A stretch of 64,000 nt of DNA. Origin: Paraphysomonas bandaiensis. Its lineage: Eukaryota > Protista > Chrysophyceae. Numbering within the stretch: the stretch's first letter is position 1; every line of letters starts with the position of its first letter. The notes under the pieces are model-generated. The model ran no database searches. It saw only the letters and a list, made by a program, of their open reading frames with translations, and was not told the origin of the DNA. Location of the stretch: positions 184,981-248,980 of the forward strand of contig CBFFRP010000354.1 of assembly GCA_965644295.1 (NCBI GenBank), read 5' to 3'. This document shows, piece after piece, positions 53,394 through 64,000 of this stretch. A program made the translations under genes and the position numbers.

Positions 53394-53834
53394 GGGAAAT
53401 ATTATTCAACCTAGTCAAATTGGTTGAATTACCTAGTCACGCTATTTTTGGTGGAATAACCTAGTCAACCTAATAAATGACTCAACGTAGTCAACTTTGG
53501 TATTCAACCTAGTCGTTCTTATATCCATTGATTATACACTGTGACTGTCTAAGATACCATCTCACACCACACAACATATTAGTGGCTTTTACAGAGCATC
53601 AAAACGATAACATAACAATAAGCTCATATCTACTTAGCCCAGGTGTACGTGTATGTCTATCTAGCCTAACTATAGCATGTAATCGCTATAGCATGTTTGT
53701 TTTGATGCTCTGTAAAAGCCACTAATATGTTGTGTGGTGTGAGATGGTATCTTCTTAGACAGTCACAGTGTGTAATCAATGGATATAAGAACGACTAGGT
53801 TGAATACCAAAGTTGACTACGTTGAGTCATTTAT
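53394..53834. repeat. MULE-MITE end followed by a long fold-back inverted repeat (arms ~53473-53605 and ~53699-53834)
   Basis: The start matches the 12924-13188 TIR; the arms are near-perfect reverse complements. Confidence 0.9.
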
Positions 53835-53990
53835 GTTACTAAGTGTCGTAAGGTTACTAAGTAAGTGTTACTATTATCGCAATATATACAAAGTGTGTTA
53901 CTAAGTGTAAATAGAAGTAAGTGTTACTAAGATCGCAATATATCTAAGTGTGTTACTAAGTGTAAATAGAAGTAAGTGTTACTAAGTGTT
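53835..53990 (+). repeat. GTTACTAAGT-based minisatellite with a ~56-bp higher-order duplication
   Basis: Repeated (A)GTGTTACTAAG; the block ATCGCAATATA...AAATAGAAGTAAGTGTTACTAAG occurs twice. Confidence 0.85.
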
Positions 53991-54434
53991 GATAGTAACA
54001 GCTTCTAAATCACCCCATTTTGCTACACTATATTAGATATATTGGATAACTTCAGTGTAATGTCAAATTCTAACCTAAACGTCATGACAACAAATACCTT
54101 GAAATACAGGTTTTAATTGCCTACAAATAAGCAAAATTCATAATACTTGAAAATAATGGGCATGCACTTTGTGTGTACTATTTCTAATTAAGGGTAGGCT
54201 ACCTCACACGAATATTAAAGCAAAGTTATACAAACGATCACATTGACGGTACTGCAGTGCACATAGCAAACTATTTTTTCAATGGCAAATATGATCATTT
54301 TACTTCAAAACACGATGCCGTTAGGAATGATACACAGAATATCACAGCAGTGTTCGAACGGTTCACATAAATTCGATAGAATCTAAAGGTGCTCAATAAG
54401 AAATTCCATTCAATCAACACATCTGCTGCGCATA

Positions 54435-56810
54435 TTAATTCATTTTCTTTGCTCGCTCATCAAAAGTGTATGTGGTATCCTCAGTTCTCGGTTCATCGTC
54501 AACAATATCACACGCAAATGCAGCATCCTGTTGCTCAGCAATGGTTCCAGGGGACATTGAATTGTTGCTAAGGCTCCGAATACTTTTTTTGTTTGAAGAA
54601 ACAGCATCACCACTCTGTAGTGATTTTTCTACGAACTCTTGTGCCGGAGTTCTTACTTTTTTCATAACTTGGTCCCACTGAACATCCTCTTCATAATATA
54701 AATCACCTAATTCTGGGCCATACTTCCTAACAAGGTCACGAACTTCAGTCTGTAAAGCTTGTCTTGTCTTCGGTAAAAATTCCACCACCTGAAACGTAGA
54801 AAGAGATTAGGAGAATTATATCCAGAAAATAGTGACCTCGGTGCGGAACGATGGAAGCAATCTTAGAAAAGCAGGTCTTAAATCCTTCAGATCAACCATT
54901 CCAGCCTCCACAGCCATGACCCCAAGATAAGAAAATACAGGACATCCTAAAAAAAAGAGCACGACAGTTTCGAATGAAAGTGGTGAAAACGTGTAAAGGA
55001 GTAACGCATAAGAAACCCACAGAACAGGAACAGCAACTAAAGAAAATAGTATTTTCTTAGAAAGTAAAACATCTCTGGCATGCAATTTGACGCGAGAATT
55101 TTTTAAATCCTTTTGTGCCTCCTTGTGAGCCCAATAGTGCGCTGCAAAGCCAACAGGGGCGTTTAGAAAAAGAGATGGTATTGATGCCAAAATCCATACA
55201 ACAAGTGCATGAATAAAAGTTTGTAGCTGAGACGAGAAAGGTGCATCCAAGGCATTAACTTGATAATCTCGTAAACCCCATTCGTCCAATGACTCTTGGT
55301 ATGCTGCTAACCGCAGCTTAGCATTTTCTATGTCGTCCGGTAGTGCCTTGTCAGTTCCCCTCCCATGTGATTCTCTTACAATGGAGAAGCCTACTGAAAA
55401 CCGCCTGGCCAAATCTTGCTTTTCTTTCGTTGATATTACTTTCGTCGGATTCTGGTAAAGACGGCGGGCCGTATGTAGTAACTTCAGTTCATTATAATCC
55501 GGCGCAGTTACCAATACACCTTCAATAATGCCATGAATCAATTGCTACAACGAACACTAGCAGTCAACCTTTCATACTTTCTTCAACTCGTGTCAACAAC
55601 TGCTGATATCCATCACTTTTCGACTTTCGATATGCTTGATACATTTCCTTATCTATTCGAAGTGGTGCCCCAAACTCAATAACAACACGTCCTCTAAAAC
55701 GGTGCCCTCGATAGTAGTTCAATCCGACAGGCACAATTGGTACATTGACGGCATACTTCTCCATGACCCCAAAAGCGATCGCTGCTATTCCAGCCTACAG
55801 TATAACAAGTCACTGAGCATTTAGACGAAAAAATCTTAAACCTTCAGAGGAAGTAAGTGCGTATTATCATGTGAACCACCTTCAGGGAATATACCGAGGC
55901 ACTCACCTTTCGCAAGTGCAGCATGTACCCGGCTAAACATCTAATGGATATCACGTTAGACTGCTTAGTAAAACCATCACAAGAATTACATCAGACTGAT
56001 CTACAGATCGCAGAACATCGTAAGTCAAAAGGACATTTTGCGGCTCCTCTGTAGGTGATCTCATTCCGCCCACTTTAACGTCCGCAACGATGAGCTCAGT
56101 ATCAGATATGATAGCTTTAATGGTATATCCATCAGGACTACGCCCAGGACGTATTTTATCCCCCTTTCTAAGAGAAGTAAACGCCGTTTCCGTTCCATAA
56201 ACTGTGCACCCGACAAATGATATTTTTCCAACGCCTTTTTCGGCTTGGTCCTGTGGTCGAGTTACAGGAATCGAGCCCACGGCTTTGGCAAAATGTCCGA
56301 TAATAGGTTTGTTGTAGCTCTTTTCGGCTACCAAGAAGCCCACCTTGTGTGGATTTGTCACTAAAATAATGGCAGCATCAACAAACTGATTCATATGATT
56401 GCCCGTAAATATGATTGGACCATGAGTTGGAATATTCTGCTTTCCTAAAACTTCCATTGAAGAGAAAAATATTGATAATATGGAGTGGAAAAAAACCTAC
56501 ACGACCAAGCACTAAGAATATACGCAACTGAACTATATTCTTACCCTTGTCATAAAATAAATGAGATCCTGAGCGTTGGTTGCTATGATAATAGCGCATG
56601 CGACGGAAGAGATGATGGCTATCCACGATTGGCTTATTCCAAATGCGGAACAGAACACCTTCACCGGGCTGCATAATTGTTAAAAGCCGAAGCCTGTGTA
56701 TATTGTATAATAGCTTACTTAAGTGATTCAACAGAAAACATCAAAACCACTACACATGCCGCCACCCTTAGTCGTATTTCACGGAGCGGTGTTTTGACAA
56801 GACCACTCAT
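54435..56810 (-). CDS. Glycerol-3-phosphate acyltransferase (SCT1/GPT2-like), multi-exon
   Basis: FTGNHMNQFVDA (HxxxxD), GIFPEGGSHD, IVPVGLNY and FRGRVVIEFG; C-terminal KKMN is a KKxx ER-retrieval signal. Confidence 0.9.
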
Positions 56811-57362
56811 GATTTGCTTTGAAATTTCGAAATATATTATTTACTTTTCAAATGCCCATGATAAAGAGTGATCACTACCAATCACTTTAAAAGAGCACTC
56901 TTAACCATAGCTGTCAAGACTACGAAATATATATCCAGACCATATCATTGTTACCATTGATTTCTATCTCCACCCACCAAAAACGATAAAAACTCAGTTC
57001 TATATTCTGATGATGTCTACTCGTAGATGTTGATGTGTGAATATCAGGAAAATATCAGGAAACAGAATACTGAAAAAAAATGTGTTTCCATCTTGGCTAC
57101 GTATTTTGTTTTCCCATACAAACTCCACATATACAGTACTGCTGTATAGATATCTAGATATCGTTTGTGTGGAGGGAGTATTTTAACTGTAGTCCGCAGT
57201 AATCGTAGCAATGCCCATCAAAATGCACTCCAAATCAGTCGTGAAGCGTGCCACAATGCGTTTCGAGTGACAATGCAGGAACCATCTATATAGCGATGCT
57301 TGCACCATCAGCTAAGATATTTTGCTGATTGGGGCTGATTTAGAAGATATTCTGCTTTTGCC

Positions 57363-58557
57363 ATGTTTAGCGAGGCCATAATCTGCAATCGGAGGGTATT
57401 CATCAAGCGTGATGATTTGCTGGACCTCTCAGGGCTAAATGGGAACAAAGCGCGCAAATTCTTTGCACTGATGTCATCGAAACCCTCGTCTGTAATCTTA
57501 AGTAGCATTGGTGGTGTACAGAGTAACTCTATGTTAGCTCTTGCCAAGCTTGCATCTGCGCATAGGGATTCCATTTTTCATTACTTCACGAGGCCGATTC
57601 CTCCATTTCTGAAGCGCAAACCTAGTGGAGTATATAAACTGGCCCTATCGATGGGAATGAAGGTCGGTTCGTATTTATATATGTATTGTTCTATTAATCT
57701 GTAATCCTGTTACAGCATTTCGAGCTAGCTTATGATGATTATCGCCTGTTAGCAAGTGAGGTACTTGTACATTTTTTTGCGTGTAATGCAGAGTAATGCG
57801 TTTATAGGGAGTGTCTCCGACTCAAGTAGCTGTCCGTAGAGTTTTCGAGTCCTGCGGGGTAGATATAAGTGTTGGTCAATGGATTCCTCAAGGTGGTGCC
57901 ATGCCATCTGCCGAGCTTGGCCTGAACCTCTTAGCGGAAGAGGTTGTGGATTTCATCAATGGACGGTGCGATAAACTTGGTGCGAAGTGGAAGGTGGGGG
58001 GTTGTGCCCACTATTGTCAGATCTAATGTGTTGCTGTGTTTTCTTACCAGGTCATTGTGGAGAGTGGAACAGGTACTACTGCGTATTATCTCTCTAAGAG
58101 CCTACACTCTAGTATACAGCGACAGAATATTTCTACCTCCAAACTTGACGTTGTCGTCATTGCAGTATCCTGTGTTATGTCTCCTAGTTCCCTCTATGAG
58201 TACTTTTGTAACATCCGCGAATGCTCAACTCCTCTCAATGCACTGCCGATTGTACTCCCGACACCAATTTCACTTCTCGACAGACTCGCTGGACAACGCA
58301 GGCGGTTTGCACAACCTGTCAGAGATCACCTCATTCTATGGAGACACTTATGTGACTGCTCAAAAATCGAATTTGATCTGTTGTATTCACCCATCGCATG
58401 GGAGCAGATTCTGTCGACACCCGGATGGAATGAATCAGTAGAAAGCGAAAGAAATTTATATGTGTGGGACGACAGTAACGTAATTTACATCCATTGCGGT
58501 GGAACTGAGGGAACACCAAGTCAGCTTCTCCGATACCGACATCTTGGCCTGCTATAA
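57363..58557 (+). CDS. PLP-dependent D-cysteine desulfhydrase / ACC deaminase family protein (start uncertain, possibly 57211)
   Basis: IKRDDL...GNKARKF, GGVQSNSMLAL, IPQGG, SGTGTT, FDLLYSP and YIHCGG. Confidence 0.88.
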
Positions 58558-59044
58558 AACTCACGTAATGGGGGTCATGCTTCGGCAGGCATGCAGGCAT
58601 ACACATCTTGTTTCCTCGCAATGTTGATAAATGAAACAACTAATCTTTGAAGTAACCGAATGTATAGAATATATGTGTCAAAATTGTACAGTTGTAATAG
58701 TAAAATTGACTAAGTTGGGATTTCTCATCTAGCATGAATAAGCTTGATCAGTAACGCCAAGCAATATTCGGAACTGACATTTCTAAGGATGGTAAGGTTA
58801 CAAATGCACACAACAATTAATTATTAAAATTATAATCAACACATCTCATCATTCATTGTCATTCACTAAATATATAATCTCTACTACCAATCAATTTCAT
58901 CATATCCTAGTCTAGATAGTAGATGGTCACGATTATTAAAAGCTGTATTTCTAAAGTATTCGAATTTTGACCGTTACTTCTTGAATAATATAGTGGTGGT
59001 TCACAGCATTACATGAACAGGTAATGATATGATAAGAAACTGAA

Positions 59045-59336
59045 CCCTCAACAAAGTCGGACTTGTACCTCTTTGTGGTGTTCTGGGGGCTAAGTACCGA
59101 AGATATTTTTCCCACTAACGTGAGCCTCATATATTATGCAGTCAGGAGATATTGTGCTACCCACTTATAGCCAAGTGCTTATGTGGTACAAGGGACACAA
59201 ATAAGTGCATCCGGGATTGAGTCAACCTCAAAGGCATCCGGGGTATTAAGCTGCCTACTAAAGTCTAGCATTCGGGCTAGTTCACCTTAAGGACAGTGAG
59301 CGAGTGCTTGCGGTGACGCACATGCAGCTTTTGTAG
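59045..59336 (+). mobile_element. R1 copy truncated at its 3' end by a MULE-MITE end (59337-59405)
   Basis: Starts CCCTCAACAAAGTCGGAC and is followed by GGGATCTATTATTCAACCTAG. Confidence 0.8.
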
Positions 59337-59435
59337 GGATCTATTATTCAACCTAGTGGAAATGGTTGAACTACCAAGTCACACCAAAATTGGTGTAAAA
59401 ACAATAAAGAATTGATCTTTATAATAGTAAAACAA

Positions 59436-62400
59436 TGTTGTGATTATTAGAGTGTAAGTAATGAACACGATAGAGTGAAAATTATAAATAACAATATAGA
59501 ACGTACTATCATGCACAACGGAATAGTTAGAAGTGTAACTGATAATGACGACGTTATGATGACGATCATGTATCTTGAACAGATACTATCATTAATTCAG
59601 TTCGTGATATATTTCATTGAACATCATAACTCACACACACTATCTTATATTAAGATGAATCCTAATACGACCTCTCAATGAAATAATCAGTGAACCGTAG
59701 ATAATAGAGAGAATATGAACTTATGCACACTGAGAGTAAAAACCAGAGTAGCAGTCACTATCCAATAACAAGCGAACTGCAGAGATGCTGTTTTGTGAGA
59801 CCATCCTTCTAGTCCAGCATCATGTATTGAATAAAAGTAAAAAAAATGGTAAAAACTCCGTGTAACTCAAACTAGCCGCCTAGGTCGCTTGTGGCTTGTT
59901 AATTGTGATTTAGGTGTCTCTGAGGTTGTTGATCGCTTCCTGTTGCTGCTGGATGGAATGTCGAACCCAGCTCCCCCCATCAATGTAGTTCGCAATTGAA
60001 GAAAATTAGTTGCTCCTAGTGGTTTCGTGAGAAGATCGGCTAACATTGACGTGGTGGGAATATGGTCAACAGTCAATTGGTTTTCGGCAATATTTTCTCG
60101 AATGAAATGATACCGTATCGCAATATGTTTCGTACGACGATGATGAGTAGGATTGTAACATAATTGGACTGCCCCTTTATTATCGCACCAAATAGTTGTT
60201 GAGAATGGAAGTTTGAAACCAATTTCTGATAATAAAGAGCGTAGCCATAATGCTTCCTGAGCTGCTGACGATAGAGCCATATACTCAGCTTCAGTAGATG
60301 ACAATGCCACAGTTGTCTGTAATCGAGATTGCCATGATATAAGACAATTACCTATGAAGAATGTAAAAGCTGTAGTGGACCGTCGAGTGAGGTGACATCG
60401 TGCCCAATCGCTATCGCAGTATCCTGACAATGTTATGTGGGATCCAGAATATATCAATCCTTGCTTAGCAGTGCCTTTGAGATACCTAAGAACATGTAAC
60501 GCAGCATTACAGGTAGTTAGATTAGGCATATCAGAAAATCTGGCAAGAGTATTGACTGCATAGGCGATATCCGGTCGAGTGCATACAGCTAGATACATTA
60601 GGGAACCTATGAGTTCCTTGTAGGGGAAATTCTGAACATAACTTTAATTTGACTCTGAAAGATGATTGTATTCATGTAAATCATAGTTGAAAGACAGTAA
60701 CATAGGTGTTGACATGGGCTTACTGTTGGACATGTTGAATTTGTCCAGTAGTTTTCTGACGTACTGCTCCTGACTGAGAGTTGTGATATTTTTGTCAAAA
60801 TCTTGATGAATGGAGATGCCCACAAGTAATAATCTAGGAGTCCGAGATCCGTAATTTCGAACTTTTTGGATAAATGGTCTTTGAATTGTTGGATATCAGT
60901 GTCGGATGTAGATGCTATAATAATATCGTCCACATACATGGCTATTAGCATAATCCTGCCATTAATCTGCTTTTTGAATATACACGGGTCAGATATTAGT
61001 CTGGTGAAACCCATATCTAGCATAAAATTTGTACAGCACTTATACCAGTTAAGACCTGCTTGCTTTAGACCATAGATGCTTTTCATCAGTTTGAGGACTT
61101 TTCCGTCAGGGACGTCCATGCCAGGAGGGGGATGCATGTATATGTCCTCTTCGAGGTCAGCGTTGATGTACGCAGTTGTGAAATCGATTTGGTGCAATTT
61201 GAGTTTCATAATAGTCGAAAGGGCAATAATTGTACGTAGTGATGTATATTGTAGCCTTCGCGACGGGGCTGTATGTATCATTGTAATCGATGCCTTGGAT
61301 TTGAGTAAAACCCTGTGCGACTAGTCGAGCCTTGAATTTGATATCATTCTGTTTTCTTTTTATTTTGAATATGAGTTTCCCCTTTATGGCTCTTGCTCCA
61401 GGTGGTAACGCAGTGTATCTCCAGCACCCTTTCCTCTGAAGAGTGGATATTTCTCTATTGATAGCATCGATCCACTGCTGTTTATATTTACCTGAAATAG
61501 CATCTTGAACACTCTTTGGTGTATCGGTTAGCTCGTCAATGTCATCGCAATTACTGATAGCATACATAACAATATCAATATTGTTTGTATGTAATTTTGA
61601 TATACATTGTGTGTCATGTGCCATATGATTTACTACATGTTTAGCATTTACATCACATGTATATACACCATCACCTAGTTTGTGTAAGTTTACAATTACC
61701 CGTTTCCTGGCCATTCTCCTGCTTCGGAGAACACTCTTTCTACCAGCTAAAAATTGTTGTTTTGCTGTAGCACGGACTTTACTTGGCCCTTCAGGTGTAC
61801 CCTGATTTTCCCAATCTCCCGATGAATCAGCAGGCTTATAACAGCGTTTGGCCACACGCTGACACACACGATCCACTTGACTGTGTGGTGCCGGATTCGG
61901 CACTAGATTCCCATTGAATTGTTTCGAAGGGCGAGTCTTCGCTATCTTTGCATCGTAGTGGGTAGGTTCATCCCGATGGCTGCTGATTCTCTCCTGCGCG
62001 GCATCATGATGTCTTAGATTCACGCCACTCCCCCTGGAAGTAGCGGCTGGCGCTGGAGATCCATTAACTGTATCGGGGTCTCGATCTGATTTGCTGGATT
62101 TATGTATTGGGGTTTTCGATCGAGAAGTATTACATTTGAGACCAACTGCTTTGAGTTCTATGTATTCTTCAGTGTACTTTTCGACGTCTGCAGCATGAAT
62201 GGGGTCGTCGAGCTAGATGAGTCGTGTCTTGTCACCGCTGTCGTCCACTAGACCACGATACGCTGCGATTAATCCTTTTCTGAGCTTTATTTGAGTCGTT
62301 ACATATGTTAATCCATCGTCTGGATCTACATGTGCTAGACCTATGAGATATTTGAAACTTTCTACTGTCCTGGAGGTCTCATTCTCTCTGAAGATCTCAT

Positions 62401-64000
62401 TTATCTCTTTAAAATATCTCTTTTATCCGCTGGTGGAACACATTCGTTGAAAAATACATGTCCTGATATATAACAAAATCTCTTAATGCGGGAACAAAGA
62501 CTATATATCCAGGACCATCCTCTCGATAGCCCATAAAATACCCAGGCCAGCTATGTCTGTCCCAGTTGTTCTTTCGGAGACTGGAATCGATATTCACAAA
62601 GCATTTACATCCCCATACTCTGGCATAACTCAAGTCTGGTATTTCGTTTTCGATGAATTGGAGTGGGGACATGAATCCTTTAGCAGTTTTGCAAGGTAGC
62701 CTGTTCTTCATGTGTGTGGATGTCTTCATGGCTTGTTCCCAGAAATTCGTTGGAAGACCTGAATCCATCAAGCTACTAAGTGCTCGTTCTTTGATGGTTC
62801 TCCATGGTCGCTCTTGAAATGGGTTGTCCTCGGGAGTATAGGGAGCGTTAAAAGTCCATGTTGCTCCAATGTATTGGAGATATTCCAATACTTTTCGTGA
62901 GACTAGTTCCTTCCCTCCATCGGCATGGTAATGTTGTAGTCGTTTACCCCTACTGCGTAGATACGTGACGACTTTCTGAATGGATTGGATAACGAAATTT
63001 TCATCTCTCGTTGTTCCGTAGGAGTCCCACTGGTACCTTGATGCTACATCGGCGATCCCAAGTACATCATATCGATTTCCGGTAATAATCGCATCGGGTG
63101 TATGTGGTCCTGAGAAATCGGCTACTATGAGCTCCCCCAGCTCCTTTGCCCTTCTCATTCTTTTCAACAACATTTGGCGGGTGGCATTCCTGTGCTTGCG
63201 TCTACGTGATTTCCCAGTCGCACATCCATCGCATAAACCGCCAGGTAGAGAGGCAACACTCATCTCCTCCTTTGTCATCTTCTTGACACCAGTTATTAGA
63301 CGTAATTTTATTGCCTTCTGTATGAGTCCAAGTGATGCATGTGCTAGTCTCTGATGTGCTAACAGTGCAGGTTGACCTGAGGCAGTTGATGCGAGGTGAG
63401 ATTCATCAGTGGGAATACCGAGGTCTGATAGTGGAATTTCGTATAGGCCTCCAACGCGCTGGCCTTTCGATAGCAATATGCCGTCTTTAAATATTTCCAC
63501 TGACTGGTTTCTGAATATGATTTCATGTCCGAGGTCATCCAGTTGGCTAATAGAAATGAGGGTCCTAGACGCTTGGTCCACGTGTTTGCACTTGGGGATG
63601 ATGCCTAGTCTTCCATGACCTGAGGCATTGTAGACCCTGATTTGGCTGTTTGAATCTCGGTGAGGCAATCAGTGTAGTCCGTAAGGTAGCTTGCTTCTGA
63701 TGTAATTGATACTGTGCACCCCGAGTCAAGAGATCCCATTCCTGCCTTTTGATCACTAACGAAGTGTGATTCATCGCTCGGTGTGTAAGCAACTCCTCCG
63801 TAGTCTTATAACAACACCCGGTTTGATAACCAGGGTGTTGGCTCGTAAACAATAAAACTACAACAACACCTACACTGAACCAACAAGCACAGTAATAACG
63901 GTATTATTATTAAAACACTTTTTTCCAAGTTTAGACCTAAACTCAGTTAGTGACTCCCGCGAAGAGTCACCGCGCAATGGTATACCGCTGGCACCCAAGA
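59436..64000 (-). mobile_element. Ty1/Copia LTR retrotransposon, frameshifted pol (PR-INT-RT-RH); 5' part outside window; putative 3' LTR ~59436-59969
   Basis: LDSGCT protease; HQRLAH...CDGC zinc finger; D..D..E integrase; YVDD RT; YCDSDWA and ADLLTK RNase H; PPT GGGGGGAG; terminal CAACA. Confidence 0.93.

Overview
Eukaryotic nuclear DNA with the standard genetic code and short (~45-60 nt) GT-AG introns. Gene and transposon content point to a stramenopile protist (inference). Compact gene islands alternate with AT-rich, repeat-dense spacers. Host genes: an intronless protein with a degenerate APE/EEP domain, membralin, PDK, a hidden 4-exon SEN15-like gene, a damaged PP2C, a CTFxP-repeat protein, thiolase, a TOM1/GPR137-like 7TM protein, a TadA-like deaminase, ArfGAP, PLAC8, a mucin-like membrane protein, an MFS transporter, GPAT and a D-cysteine desulfhydrase. 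Mobile DNA: a frameshifted Copia element, Copia and hAT relics, MULE-like and other MITEs, a Crypton-like derivative, and ~13 pieces of a structured, non-tRNA SINE-like retroposon (here R1) that shares its 3' end with a longer element bearing an OTU-like motif. Best leads: (1) the R1 retroposon and its partner; (2) a spliced Crypton-like protein lacking the recombinase catalytic domain, flanked by palindromic sites; (3) a possibly domesticated, catalytically dead LINE-type endonuclease gene; (4) a promoter-restricted TACTGCTGTA motif. All family assignments come from motif recognition by eye; no searches were run.
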